DNA of 64,000 bases from Naegleria gruberi (GCA_000004985.1 GG738911.1); one strand, 5' to 3'. Counted from the first letter of the stretch, positions 31,587 through 42,694 are shown. Notes: generated by a model from the sequence alone, not told the origin. Made by a program: numbers and translations.

Positions 31587-31898
31587 TCATCATCATCACT
31601 CTCATCTCATTGTGTAAATTATAAAGTGTGCATTTTCTTGAACATTCTTACTTGTTTGATTATTGAAGTGTGCATTGCTACCACTGTGTGTGTGTGAAAA
31701 ATCGATTGCCTTTAGAGAGATCTGTTCTTCCAGCTGGTACAACACATATCACTTTCTCGCTTTATTTTGCTGACTATTTTAGAAATAGGTTGGGAAATGA
31801 TGTAACTCTCTCAATGCGAGCGGCAAAAGAATTTTATTGATACTAATCGAGAGAGGTAATATAATTCGATTTCAAAAAAAAACGAATCATTCAGAGAG

Positions 31899-32984
31899 AT
31901 GCATCAACAACATAACAGCATCCAAGAGAAGGACAAGTTAACAAGCGATCTTTGTAGGTCTTCCTTGTTGCGAATTATTCCCAAAGAATGTTTTCAACCG
32001 AGTGCTTTGATTTACTATTCTGATTTCACACTCTCACTCGTTTTGTATCATTTGTTGTTTTATGCATGTTATAAATTGATGAAGGAGGGTTATATTTATC
32101 AGGCAGTGGTATTGGCATTCATTACATCCTTCATATTTTACAGGGTCATGTTGTTCATTCATGAATCTGTTCATCAATCTCAAAATTTGCCCAATTTTGT
32201 AAAGTATTACAACCTTGTGAATGGATTCCCTAACAAGGTTCCTCTCTATTGCTACAAACCACATCTGACACATCATGATCCAAAAGTCTATGGTCAAGCT
32301 AACGATCCAGAATATCAGAGCATCAGTAGTGGTTCAATATGGTTTCATTACCTATTGGTTCCAGTGATTTTTCAATTTCCTGTTGCAGTATTTACATGTT
32401 TACGTTTTAATCTAGTTCCATTCCTTCTACCATTCATTGGAAGTAAGGGAAGAGAGTTCATTTGGAGATATGCATCCACATTGGCCATGAATCCATTCTT
32501 TGACAGAGGTCTCCCAACTGAACAAGATAAGAAGGAGTGGTATGTGCAAGACTTTGGATGTGCATGTGCAACAACTTGTCAATTTATTGCTATTTACTTT
32601 GGATTTATTGAAGATGGTTTGAGTTTTATGAGAACAACTCTTATCATTGTTTACTTTTTGCTTGTTGTGAACATGTACAGAGCAATGGCTGCTCACAGAT
32701 ACTTTGCTGAACCACATCAACCACCACTCTCTAGAAAACAAATGATTTTGGATTCGGTCAACTATGCAAGTGATTCTTGGATTTGTTTCTTTTGGTTTCC
32801 TGTTGGAACACTTTATCATGGCTTACATCATGTATTTCCCACAATTCCATATCATCACCTTGCAAGAGTTCACTCAATTTTGGTTGAACATTTGAGAAGG
32901 AATGATCCTTCCCATCCCTATTTATGTACTGTGATTGAAAGTTATTGGGAAAATGTGAGAGCTCAAATCAACTTGAAATTGTAA
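31899..32984 (+). CDS. Membrane fatty-acid desaturase/hydroxylase-superfamily protein (three His boxes)
   Basis: 361-aa ORF with hydrophobic helices and His boxes HESVH (Hx3H), HLTHH (Hx2HH) and HGLHHVFPTIPYHH (Hx2HH). Confidence 0.65.
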   Translation: MHQQHNSIQEKDKLTSDLCRSSLLRIIPKECFQPSALIYYSDFTLSLVLYHLLFYACYKLMKEGYIYQAVVLAFITSFIFYRVMLFIHESVHQSQNLPNFVKYYNLVNGFPNKVPLYCYKPHLTHHDPKVYGQANDPEYQSISSGSIWFHYLLVPVIFQFPVAVFTCLRFNLVPFLLPFIGSKGREFIWRYASTLAMNPFFDRGLPTEQDKKEWYVQDFGCACATTCQFIAIYFGFIEDGLSFMRTTLIIVYFLLVVNMYRAMAAHRYFAEPHQPPLSRKQMILDSVNYASDSWICFFWFPVGTLYHGLHHVFPTIPYHHLARVHSILVEHLRRNDPSHPYLCTVIESYWENVRAQINLKL

Positions 32985-33077
32985 ACATAGTTTCATAGTA
33001 TTAAAAGTATCATTATTACTTGATTGAAATTTAATCTTACAGAGGAAAGGTGAGAGTTAATTAGACTAGAAAGCAAT

Positions 33078-33593
33078 TTATTTCTTGGCAATCTTTTTAG
33101 TCTTACATTTCAATTTCTTCAGTGAAGCCTTCAACTTGACAATTTTGGCTCTGAGCTTCTTAATATTCTTCAAAGCATTCTTTTTAGCAGCAGCATTACT
33201 AGTGGTGGCTGTCTTCTTGAGTTTCTTCACAGCAAGAATAGTCTTTCTGAGTGATCTTCTGAGTTTGGCACATTTCGAAGCCTTCTTTGACTTTTTAGCC
33301 TTCTTCTTACTTGTCTTCTTGGTAGAAGAATTCTTCTTCTTTGGAGTTGTTTTCTTCTTTGATGATTTCTTAGCAGAAGAATTGGTCTTCTTACCAGATT
33401 TCTTACCAGATTTCTTGGTTGTGCTACTTGTTGATTTCTTGCTGCTTGATTTCTTACTAGAAGAAGATTTTCTGGCTGTTGCTGTTGTTTGGACAGATTG
33501 AGTTTCAGCTTGTTGTGCAGCTGCGAAAGAAACGCACAATAACAATGATAATAATAACAATGAAAGAATTAACCACTTGCCACTACTATTCAT
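33078..33593 (-). CDS. Secreted, extremely basic K/S/T-rich protein (paralog A)
   Basis: Signal peptide MNSSGKWLILSLLLLSLLLCVSFAAA, then KKSSSKKSTSSTTKKSGKKSGKK...KCKTKKIAKK. The true start is at the second M of the ORF (ORF track 33629). Confidence 0.6.
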   Translation of the reverse strand: MNSSGKWLILSLLLLSLLLCVSFAAAQQAETQSVQTTATARKSSSSKKSSSKKSTSSTTKKSGKKSGKKTNSSAKKSSKKKTTPKKKNSSTKKTSKKKAKKSKKASKCAKLRRSLRKTILAVKKLKKTATTSNAAAKKNALKNIKKLRAKIVKLKASLKKLKCKTKKIAKK

Positions 33594-33840
33594 TTTGTTG
33601 TTGTATTTTTTTGATGGATGTTTGGACACGGGAAGGAAGAAGCTGTCACTGATGGAACAAATGATTGGACAAATGAACTTGCAAGAGTTCCTTTAAAGTG
33701 GTGTGAGTGCAATTTTGGTAATTTCTCAAAGTGAGATAATTTGCAAGATTTTTTAAACAAATCAATTTGATCAACAAAATTAATTAATGGAAAATATTGA
33801 GACAATTAAATTGATTTAATGTTTTTCAATTATGTACATT

Positions 33841-34659
33841 TTAATTGGCCTTCTTGGCAACCTTCTTAGCAGCAACCTTCTTGGCAGACTTTTTAGCTTT
33901 CTTGGCCTTCTTGAGCTTCTTCAAAGCATTCTTGCAAGCGTTTCTCTTGGTCAAGTTCTTGGCCTTCTTGGCACATCTTCTCAACTTTCTGAGTTTTCTG
34001 AGTTTCTTCAATGCTTTCTTACAGGCATTTCTCTTCTTCAAGGATTTAGCCTTCTTTGCGCATCTCTTCAACTTTCTGAGCTTTCTAATTCTCTTCAATG
34101 CCTTCTTACAAGCCTTCTTCTTCTTCAAATTCTTTGATTTCTTGGCACATCTTCTCAATTTTCTGAGCTTTCTGAGTTTCTTCAATGCCTTCTTGCAAGC
34201 CTTTCTCTTCTTCAAATTCTTTGATTTCTTGGCACATCTTCTCAATTTTCTGAGTTTTCTGACTCTTTTCAAAGCCCTCTTGCATGCCTTTCTCTTCTTC
34301 AAAGATTTAGCCTTCTTGGCACATCTCTTCAACTTTCTAACTCTCTTAGCCTTCTTTGATTTCTTGGCAGACTTCTTTGACTTTTTACATTTCTTCTTTA
34401 ATTTGAGTTTCAATTTGCGAACCTTTGATCTGAGTTTCTTGACTCTCTTGGCAAGTTTAGCACATTTCTTTGATTTCTTAGCCTTCTTCCAAGTCTTCTT
34501 TGGCTTTGTAGCCTTCTTGTTGGTAGTTGAAGTCTTCTTTACAATTGATGATGATTTGACGGCTTGAGTTTCGGCTTGTTCAGCAGATGCGAAAGAAACG
34601 CAACATGCCAACAATGCGAGCAACAACAAGGAGAGAATAACCCACTTGCCACTATTCAT
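33841..34659 (-). CDS. Secreted polycationic Cys-containing tandem-repeat protein (paralog B; about 5 x 29-aa repeats)
   Basis: Signal peptide MNSGKWVILSLLLLALLACCVSFASA. Repeats of RCAKK(S/A)K(N/S)LKKRKACKKALKKLRKLRKL contain 2 Cys each, and well over half of all residues are K/R. Encoded by an 87-bp nucleotide tandem repeat. Confidence 0.65.
   Translation of the reverse strand: MNSGKWVILSLLLLALLACCVSFASAEQAETQAVKSSSIVKKTSTTNKKATKPKKTWKKAKKSKKCAKLAKRVKKLRSKVRKLKLKLKKKCKKSKKSAKKSKKAKRVRKLKRCAKKAKSLKKRKACKRALKRVRKLRKLRRCAKKSKNLKKRKACKKALKKLRKLRKLRRCAKKSKNLKKKKACKKALKRIRKLRKLKRCAKKAKSLKKRNACKKALKKLRKLRKLRRCAKKAKNLTKRNACKNALKKLKKAKKAKKSAKKVAAKKVAKKAN
33940..34345. repeat. 87-bp tandem repeat (~5 units) inside the coding region of 33841..34659
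   Basis: cttggcacatcttctcaattttctgag recurs with 87-nt period, e.g. at ~34141 and ~34228. The units are in-frame (29 codons). Confidence 0.8.
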
Positions 34660-35318
34660 TTTGTATGTTTTTTTTTGGATGATGAATGAGAACTTTCTAG
34701 TAGAGAGAAATAGCACTCGTGTCATGCAGATTCGTTAATTGTACTACGATTTTTGAAGTGAAATGACAAGTTGACTCGATTGATTTCCCGCCAAACGAAC
34801 TACTCTTTTACAACGTTCGTATATGGAAGGCAGCTTCAATTTGGTATCATCGTTGGATAATACAAAATTATCAATGAATGTTAATTTTTATTATCATGGT
34901 TACAATTACAATGTATGAAATATTAAAGAGTTTTACAGTTTGTTCAGTCAATAAGTCCAATTACTCCATTCACTACAAGCGACAATTCTCATCTTTGCAT
35001 CTCTTATTAAACTGTATTGTAAAGTATTAACAATATTAAGCCACATTTATAAATCCCTTATTTGGTCAATATTCCGAATCATCAAAATAAAACCCTCAAC
35101 AAATGCACATTAAACAATCGTGAGAGTGCGCACTCAAGCCACTGAGCTGAAATTAACCAACACTTCTCAAGCGCAACCTTTATTTTCACATTTGTGCGTA
35201 CTCACAAATCCTATTCATCTCATCTATTAAGCAAGGCTGTAAAATGCCATGAACTTTCAGTAGACAAAAACTCTCAAACAAATATTGAAAAAAACAAGCC
35301 GATTTGAAAACTAGCAAA

Positions 35319-36944
35319 ATGAATACTACTATCGAAACATCATTTATTAATGTTGCTGCTGCTTCTTCTTCTTCAACACCTTCATCATCTTGGAAGGAAA
35401 TCTTGATGAATGCTTATAAGAATGGACAAACTAATGTTACCGATCAAATAAGTTATGCTCTTAATTGCTTAATTAAGCAACTTCATAAGATTTTAACCGT
35501 CACTCATCAAAAGAAAGGTCCTTTATTTAATAAGATGTTGGTTTCTTCTTTCACTGCACAAAATTTGATTGATTGCATTTGTAAAGTCTTGTTGGAAACT
35601 TCCACAAGTGACAAGTTGGCAGATTACATTGGTCAATTGATGGTTCAATTGAATATGATTGAATTTGATTGTCAAAATAAGAATTCCACTAGATTATCTG
35701 ATGATAGAAAGAGATTGGTTCGTTTCTTACATCCATACATGCCAAGATTGGTTATCATTGGAGGTGGACATTCTGGAGTATTGACAGCTTGTCAGTTAAA
35801 TGATTATTTCTCTATTGTTTTGATTGACAAGAATCCACATTGCACTTTAAAGCCGGCATTTCCAGTAATTCTAGAGAAAGTTGATCATGTTAACAAGATT
35901 TCTATCAATTACTCTGAAATTCTCCCTTCAAATGTCACTTTCATTCATGGGTTGACCAAAATAGTGAGACAGGATGGTGTCTTTATTGAAATTGCTGGAA
36001 AAGAGCCACAAATCAAGCACATGTTGACAAATGAATATTCAGATTCCAACACAGATGTAAGAAATTGTAAATTCCTTTCCTTTGATTATTTGGTCATCGC
36101 CACAGGTTGCAATGGTTGGAAAAATGTTCCACAAATGGAAAATCCTCAAAAGGAAAACAAGATTTTATATGTTGATGGTTATAACATGGACATGGTCGAG
36201 TTGTCAGTCACTGCCATTAATCAATCCAATCATGATATTGTTGTAATTGGAGGTGGAAGTGTCGGATGTGAATATTTTGGATCACTAGCTCAAACTTTCC
36301 CAAATAGGAATTGTTATTTAATTCAAAGATCTGACATGTTAATGAAACCATCCAAAGATGCTCACAAGGCAGCAACTGATACATTTGCCAAGATGAAGAA
36401 TGCAAATGTCAAATTTAATTGTCAAGTTGATCGTCAAGAAGATTCGAATATTCTTGTTGTAAAGTCATTGGAAAGTGGAGAAGAAACAAGAATCAAGTGT
36501 TGTGTTTGCTTCCTTGCCTCAGGTATCTCACCAAACACTAAAATGATGAATGAATACTTTGGAGAAAGCATGGACGAAAATAATTATCTGAAAGTGAATC
36601 CTTCCTTCCAATTATGGAAATCTAATTCTGAGTATTTTAACAATATTTTCGTTTTGGGAGATGCCAATAATGCTGATACTGAAAAACTAATTCAAAATGC
36701 AGATATTCATGCTGAGAAATTTGTTGAAATTGCCAAATCTATTCTAAAGGTTTCGTCTCCCAACTCAAATGAAGGTATTTTAGCAACGTATGATAATGCT
36801 CCTCGTGTGATGGCTGTTTCACTTGGTCCTAAAACTGGTTTCTTAATGAAAGATAACAAGATCATGTTCAAATCTGGCGTTGTAAACAAATTGAAATCTG
36901 CCATTCAAAATTCAACTCTAAAAACCTACAAAAAATTTCAATAA
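35319..36944 (+). CDS. FAD/NAD(P)-binding pyridine-nucleotide disulfide oxidoreductase, AIF/AMID/NDH-2-like
   Basis: Two Rossmann dinucleotide motifs, RLVIIGGGHSGVLTA and IVVIGGGSVGCEYFGS, plus the C-terminal FAD motif IFVLGDANNA. The first ATG is at 35319 (the ORF track starts at TTG 35304). Confidence 0.7.
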   Translation: MNTTIETSFINVAAASSSSTPSSSWKEILMNAYKNGQTNVTDQISYALNCLIKQLHKILTVTHQKKGPLFNKMLVSSFTAQNLIDCICKVLLETSTSDKLADYIGQLMVQLNMIEFDCQNKNSTRLSDDRKRLVRFLHPYMPRLVIIGGGHSGVLTACQLNDYFSIVLIDKNPHCTLKPAFPVILEKVDHVNKISINYSEILPSNVTFIHGLTKIVRQDGVFIEIAGKEPQIKHMLTNEYSDSNTDVRNCKFLSFDYLVIATGCNGWKNVPQMENPQKENKILYVDGYNMDMVELSVTAINQSNHDIVVIGGGSVGCEYFGSLAQTFPNRNCYLIQRSDMLMKPSKDAHKAATDTFAKMKNANVKFNCQVDRQEDSNILVVKSLESGEETRIKCCVCFLASGISPNTKMMNEYFGESMDENNYLKVNPSFQLWKSNSEYFNNIFVLGDANNADTEKLIQNADIHAEKFVEIAKSILKVSSPNSNEGILATYDNAPRVMAVSLGPKTGFLMKDNKIMFKSGVVNKLKSAIQNSTLKTYKKFQ

Positions 36945-37028
36945 ATAAATTTAATAAAATCAATTATTTGAATTCCTCTTCAAGTTTTCTGTTTGAATTT
37001 CTTGTAATTTTTACCGAAAGTTGACTGT

Positions 37029-38261
37029 TTAGTTTAGTTTATTGATTTGAGACATGAATTCATGATCTTTCTTCATTGATTTGGTTAAAAATTGAATAAT
37101 CTTTGAATTTTTCCTTGCCAATCTCAACACAAATTCCTTGTCATCCCTTAATGACTTGTCAATATGTTGAAAAACATTGACATTTTGACTGACAGCTTCA
37201 AATACAATCTCCTTATCCTTCTTAAACTCTGGATTAATATATTTGATTATAAATCCATCATATTTAGCAGTTAGTAATATCAAATCTCTATCATCCTTAA
37301 TAAATCTCGCTATATAAAATGTACTCGTGGAAGATCTTTCAGGAATTTCCAATATTTCAACAAGAAATTCCCTATCCTTAATTAATTCTTCAAGTGCATA
37401 TTCAAGTGCAAATCCCTTACTTTTCCTGACAACCTCCAAAACAAACTTCTTATCTAGTTTCAATTCTCTGCTAGCATATTGAAAGGCACTTCCTTGTTCA
37501 TTTCTCATTATGGCCTTCATTATAATTTCTCTGTCGTTTTTTATTTCCTCGCCTGCACTTCCTATAAATGACCAACAATGTGAAATTGCCAACTCTACAA
37601 TTTCTCTATCATTCCTTAATGATTCATGAACGAATTTAAGAGCATGACCACTTGATTTGGCTGCTGCCATTACTATTTCTCTATCACTCTTAAATCTATC
37701 ATTTGCATATCCTAAACTTCCACCATCTTGTTTGACAGCTGCCATTACTATTTCTCTGTCATCTTTCAATCTATCAGAAGCAATACTAAGCATAGAACCA
37801 ACTCCCTTAACAGATCTCAACACAACTTCTCTATCATTTCTAATAACTTCATTAGAATTATTATAAATAAATCCAGGACTAATTCCAACTATTTGAAATA
37901 TAAAATTTGAATCAAATTTCAATTCCTTTCCCAATTGGGCACCAATTTCGAATGCATTTTGGCGGTAATATGCTAATGAATATTTAAATCCCAATGAACT
38001 GATGGAAACATTGCTGAATGGATTATGACATGAATTGTGTTCATTCATAAATTTGAGAATTGTAAACCAATCTCGTCTTGTATCGAGAAATTTAATGGTT
38101 TCCTTTAAATGTTCGGAGCCTCCGGAGATGATCGGATCTATGATTGTTTGGTATTTTAAATAATGAGGAATATCTCTGATTTTAGTGGAGAGTAAATTGG
38201 ATTGAAATGATTGATCTAAGAGAAGTAATACTTGTAAAGGTGGTGTTTGTTGTGCTTGCAT
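37029..38261 (-). CDS. DUF4116-type tandem-repeat protein (paralog of 15931..17787)
   Basis: Repeats NDREVVLRSVKGVGSMLSIASDRLKDDREIVMAAVKQDGGSLGYANDRFKSDREIVMAAAKSSGHALKF... The first ATG is MQAQQTPP (38261); the ORF track extends to TTG 38345. Confidence 0.65.
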   Translation of the reverse strand: MQAQQTPPLQVLLLLDQSFQSNLLSTKIRDIPHYLKYQTIIDPIISGGSEHLKETIKFLDTRRDWFTILKFMNEHNSCHNPFSNVSISSLGFKYSLAYYRQNAFEIGAQLGKELKFDSNFIFQIVGISPGFIYNNSNEVIRNDREVVLRSVKGVGSMLSIASDRLKDDREIVMAAVKQDGGSLGYANDRFKSDREIVMAAAKSSGHALKFVHESLRNDREIVELAISHCWSFIGSAGEEIKNDREIIMKAIMRNEQGSAFQYASRELKLDKKFVLEVVRKSKGFALEYALEELIKDREFLVEILEIPERSSTSTFYIARFIKDDRDLILLTAKYDGFIIKYINPEFKKDKEIVFEAVSQNVNVFQHIDKSLRDDKEFVLRLARKNSKIIQFLTKSMKKDHEFMSQINKLN

Positions 38262-38451
38262 TTTTTGAATTTTCTTTTGTTGACCAATGAACTTGGAACT
38301 TGTAAACAATTCTAATTGCAATTTGAAAAGTGCATCCAATAACAATCAATAATCTTTATTGTAAAGTTAGTATTAAAGATAATTAAATACACACATAAAA
38401 TAAATACAAAATGCAGATGAACTTGACACTCCAGAAGCCTTCAAAAAAAAA

Positions 38452-40413
38452 ATGTTACCCACCTACTCATCGGAACGTCCCAATCAGCATTTACGTGGAC
38501 GAGGAAATAATGTAACATCTCCATCACCTTCATCTTCGTCATCTTCGTCATCATCACCATTGGAAAATAATTTATCTTCTGCATCATCATCAAATTTTGG
38601 CGCCAGAAAGTCCAAATGTTCAGGCAAGAAAATAGGCTGTTTAATAATAGGCTTGTTATTGCTCATCATTGCCTTGTATTGGTTGTTTAGTGTTGTGAGT
38701 GAGAATGTAATTATTGTTACGGATGATGATGCTGATAATGCTGTTGCAACAAATTTTAGGAATATTGCAGAATTGGATGGAAATGAAAATACTAATATTA
38801 AATCAGCATCGGAGAAGGATACTAAAACAAGCCTTAAAAAAGATAAGAAAGAGGAAGGTGATGAAAAGAAGGAGGAAATTGTACCACCACCTCCAATTGT
38901 TAAACGTAAGAAGAACAAACAAGAGAAACAACAAGATTTAATATTTGAAGAAATTGCTAAATTATTAACTAATCCAGATCAAACAAGCGAAGGATCCTAT
39001 GGATGGTATAGAAAACAATTAGATACTAATAATAGATTAGGTAATACTTTATTTGATGATCCTATAATGACTAAATTAGGATTTCAAGATACTCTTACCA
39101 CTAGTGAATTATTATTTTACTATTTTAGAACATTTAATACGACACAGGAATGTAGACAACAACATACATGTAAAATTTATGCAGATAGAACTGCAGGTGA
39201 ATTTTTGGAAGAGGGAACTCAATTGGATGCTGTTGTGCAACATTGTCAATATAAGGAACCTTACTTTTTAAATTCACATGAACAAGAATCCAAGAATTTG
39301 AATGTTTTTCATTCACTCATTACAAAATCAGATGATAATTTAAAGAATATTGACAAATTAGAAGTATCTAATGTTTTAGCACATTCTAATCATATGGATT
39401 ATTTATATGGAGAACAAATGTGGAGAGGAATGAGAAGATTATCAATTATCATGTGTAGTGAAGCTCGTGTTCATGATCTTGTTGGTCCAATAACACAAAA
39501 GAAGAATGATTACAAATCAATGCAAAGATTTTCAGATTCTACAGCTGACATTTCAATTTGTTTCCTTTCAACATGTTCTGTTTGGGTTAATTATCATTAT
39601 TGGCAATTATCTTTATCCAAATCAAATGAATTTGGAACTAAACCATTCAAAAACAATAAGGGAATTTGTGCTTTTATTTCAAATTGTGATCAAGCTGGTT
39701 GCACTGATTTAAAACAAAGATTTGAACTCTTGAATACACTCTCAAAATACATTCCAGTGAGACAATATGGTAAATGTGGAAAGAATGCACAAGAAGGACC
39801 AGGTGGTAAAACATTTGAAATTGAAAATAATTGTCGATTCTATTATGCAGCTGAAAATTCAATTGCCAAAGATTATGTTACTGAGAAATTCTTTGAAGGA
39901 GTAAGAGCTCTTCAAAATGGTGCCAGAGTAATTACATTATATAGAGGTGCTCCAAATTTGAGACAAGATTGGGGATTTCCAAAGTCTCTCTACTTGGATC
40001 ATAATGATTTTGAATCTGTGGATGCATTGGGTCAATACATGAAGAAATTGAATGATGATGACAATGCCTTTGAACGATGGTTCAACAAGATGACAATGCA
40101 AGAAAGAAAGAAGGTTGATAAGGTTTTAGATGGTTTCGAACATAGACTTGGAACTAATATTCCATGCAGAATTTGTGCCATTGTTGGTGAAATGAAATTA
40201 GCACGTTATTTATTATTTAAAATTGGATTGAAAACAACAACAGCAAAGGTCAATTGGTATGAATGGCAACAATTCAAAGCAGATAAGTTTGAAAATCTCT
40301 CCAAGGACAGACTTGCAATATTGGATCATATTTATGTGATGGCCTTTAATATTTTCCAAACTGAAAATAATAAGGCAAATAGATTTAATCTTGCTTGGGA
40401 TTTTAATAAGTAA
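38452..40413 (+). CDS. alpha-1,3-fucosyltransferase (GT10) paralog 2, type II membrane protein
   Basis: Same N-terminus MLPTYSSERPNQ as paralog 1, TM anchor IGCLIIGLLLLIIALYWLF, and the identical GT10 motif CRFYYAAENSIAKDYVTEKFFEG. It has a Ser-rich, acidic/basic N-terminal extension that paralog 1 lacks. Confidence 0.8.
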   Translation: MLPTYSSERPNQHLRGRGNNVTSPSPSSSSSSSSSPLENNLSSASSSNFGARKSKCSGKKIGCLIIGLLLLIIALYWLFSVVSENVIIVTDDDADNAVATNFRNIAELDGNENTNIKSASEKDTKTSLKKDKKEEGDEKKEEIVPPPPIVKRKKNKQEKQQDLIFEEIAKLLTNPDQTSEGSYGWYRKQLDTNNRLGNTLFDDPIMTKLGFQDTLTTSELLFYYFRTFNTTQECRQQHTCKIYADRTAGEFLEEGTQLDAVVQHCQYKEPYFLNSHEQESKNLNVFHSLITKSDDNLKNIDKLEVSNVLAHSNHMDYLYGEQMWRGMRRLSIIMCSEARVHDLVGPITQKKNDYKSMQRFSDSTADISICFLSTCSVWVNYHYWQLSLSKSNEFGTKPFKNNKGICAFISNCDQAGCTDLKQRFELLNTLSKYIPVRQYGKCGKNAQEGPGGKTFEIENNCRFYYAAENSIAKDYVTEKFFEGVRALQNGARVITLYRGAPNLRQDWGFPKSLYLDHNDFESVDALGQYMKKLNDDDNAFERWFNKMTMQERKKVDKVLDGFEHRLGTNIPCRICAIVGEMKLARYLLFKIGLKTTTAKVNWYEWQQFKADKFENLSKDRLAILDHIYVMAFNIFQTENNKANRFNLAWDFNK

Positions 40414-40521
40414 ATTAATATATTGATATTTACATTTATTAAATATATTAAAATACTATTTTACTATTAATATTGAATATTAATAGAAAGTATGTTGTTT
40501 TAAATGAATATAATAGGAAAT

Positions 40522-41384
40522 TTAAACAGTAAATTGTTCATGATATTTCTTATCTAATTCTTTCAATTCTTCCACAACTTTGGCCTTTAATTCTTCTTGT
40601 TCTTCTGTTAATTGTTTCTTGTTATTTAAAATAACAAGTGTCTTTCTCAATTCCAATATTTCATTTTTCATTCTGAATATTCATATTCATTATTCATAAT
40701 AATATCAGAATTGTAACAAAAAAAACAAATTGATTAATAATAAAATATCACACATTTGTACATACTGAGATGTTATTGGATTTTGTAAAATTTCCTCTGC
40801 TTTTTTAATTCTTGCATTTTCATAGGCGCGTGAAAATTGATTTGCAGCACTAATTACATTCAAAGCCTTGTTCCATCTCTTAATTGCTTGTTTCTTTTCA
40901 TATTTAAATGTTTTATAGGTTAATTCATCTATTTTAGCAATTGCTAAATGATTATTTAATTTTAATTGATTATTACTGTTATTAGTATTATTAGTATTAT
41001 TATTATTGGATAATTCATTTAATTTTAAACCATTAATATATTCATTATATTCTTGTATTCTTAATTTGGATAATTCACTTTCCAAAACATGTAATTGTCC
41101 GATCAATTTCTTTTTTACAAATCAACAATAAACATTAAATATACTATACTATTTAAAATATATACCTTAATTTCAATTTTATAAGAATCATCAATAATAA
41201 CTCTAGTATTATATCTCTTTTCAAGTAATTCCTTTTTAATTTGATCAATTTGTAAAACTTTGCTTTGAATTTCCTTCTTTTTGGAAAGGCTTTGTTTGGT
41301 GGAAAGAATTGATGTTGTTGTTGTTGGAGATGTTGGTGATGATCCGAAATCTAAGAGTGGTACTTCATGAAGAGTTGATGACAT
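40522..41384 (-). CDS. Coiled-coil protein, three exons (introns ~41113..41168 and ~40599..40692)
   Basis: Exon 1: MSSTLHEVPLLDFGSSPTSPTTTT...KIEIK, with donor aag|GTATAT. Exon 2: KLIGQLHVLESELSKLRIQEY...AEEILQNPITS, with donor CA|GTATGT. Exon 3: (Q)MKNEILELRKTLVILNNKKQLTEEQEELKAKVVEELKELDKKYHEQFTV*. The protein is K/E/L-rich with heptad-like periodicity. Confidence 0.5.
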
Positions 41385-42694
41385 TTTTTTTTAAAATCTA
41401 TTTTTGAGCACTGACAGTTTTTTTCAATCAGGTCCATTTATGGAAATAATACAGAAAAAGTGATAAAATGGTTATTATCATTTGAATTTATTTCAATAAT
41501 TAAATATTTAATGTGAAAATTAAAACAATAATGTTTACTCATCCAATTAGAGAAGGTATTCCAATATTTGTTTGTAAAATAGTATCAAGTTACAACAAGA
41601 TTATTTTAAAATTATTAAAATTCATTCATTGTAATCATTTTAATATAGCTTTCAAAATTAAGGTGAATTTGATATTATCCTGAAAGTTTTCGCGTCGAAT
41701 TTGTTCATACAGAAAAGGAAAGTGGTGCTTCTCATGAGAACAATTTTCCATCTATTCTGTAAATTTACAATAATAACTGTAAAGAATCAATTATTTTATA
41801 ATAATCATGGATGCATATATATTTGTATTCCAATTATTACTTTATCCTTTATCACACACTAGTTTCGAATAACATTTTACTACTCCGCATTCAATCATTT
41901 CCAATATAAAAATCTTTAGAGATTCCTTCTAGGTTGATTACTTGTGTTTTTTTTGAAGGTTACCTTCAACTTGTTTCACTGTAGTTAATTGTTCATCATG
42001 ATTTAACACTCAATAAGTTTACAATAAATTTGTGATCAATCAGATTGAATACAACCATCCTCACAAATCAATCAATGTTGAAGTTCATTGTAAAAATTTA
42101 CAGTTGTCCACAAGTACCCACTCACCATCCAATCCATTCACTCCACTCCACATTTTACAATTATTTTGACAATCTTTGAGTTCATCAAAACGAAGGTGTG
42201 GACAATGAGAGATTGGCTAATATTTCCTTTCATGATAAACAACCAATAGTCAATCCATAGTCATACAAGAAGGTAACGCCATATATCAAATCATGGCGCT
42301 GAATCATCATGCATGATTTGTATCATCTTCACCAACTTCTGTCCAACGGAACTTTGCATTTCTCATTATAGATTGTTGTGTTGAATCTAATTCCGAAGTC
42401 GTCAAAGATTACAATGGAAAGTACTGTAAATGCAAAGTGAAGGAGGGAACTATCAAATTAGCCTTCTTCCATTGTATGTAACAACATCTTCAAGAAGAAA
42501 TTGATAGTACTGCTGTAGTACATCAGACGAAACTTTGGAAGTGCCCCATACGAATCTCTTTCCAAGTTCAAAAGCCTAATGATTGCTTTAATCGCTGCAA
42601 CCCAACAAAGGTACTCAAAATTTTCACAACATGTCAAACTTATTGTTACGTCACCTTCGAACGACATTTTGATGTAACACAAATTCACAAAGGC

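Noticed and set aside
33085-33501. Plus-strand 138-aa ORF (poly-F/L/V) overlapping the K-rich gene
   Set aside because: It is the antisense reading of AAG/AAA-rich lysine codons (CTT/TTT), with no start context or signal. The minus-strand gene has a proper signal peptide and stop.
33940-34345. Regular 87-bp direct repeats as a possible CRISPR array or satellite
   Set aside because: The repeats are in-frame coding units of a eukaryotic secreted protein. There is no spacer/repeat alternation, and the genome is eukaryotic (introns, tRNA intron, N/Q-rich proteins).
33845-34567. Plus-strand 240-aa ORF (FLAFL... repeats) overlapping the repeat protein gene
   Set aside because: Same antisense artefact of the 87-bp K-codon repeat; it is periodic because the template is periodic.
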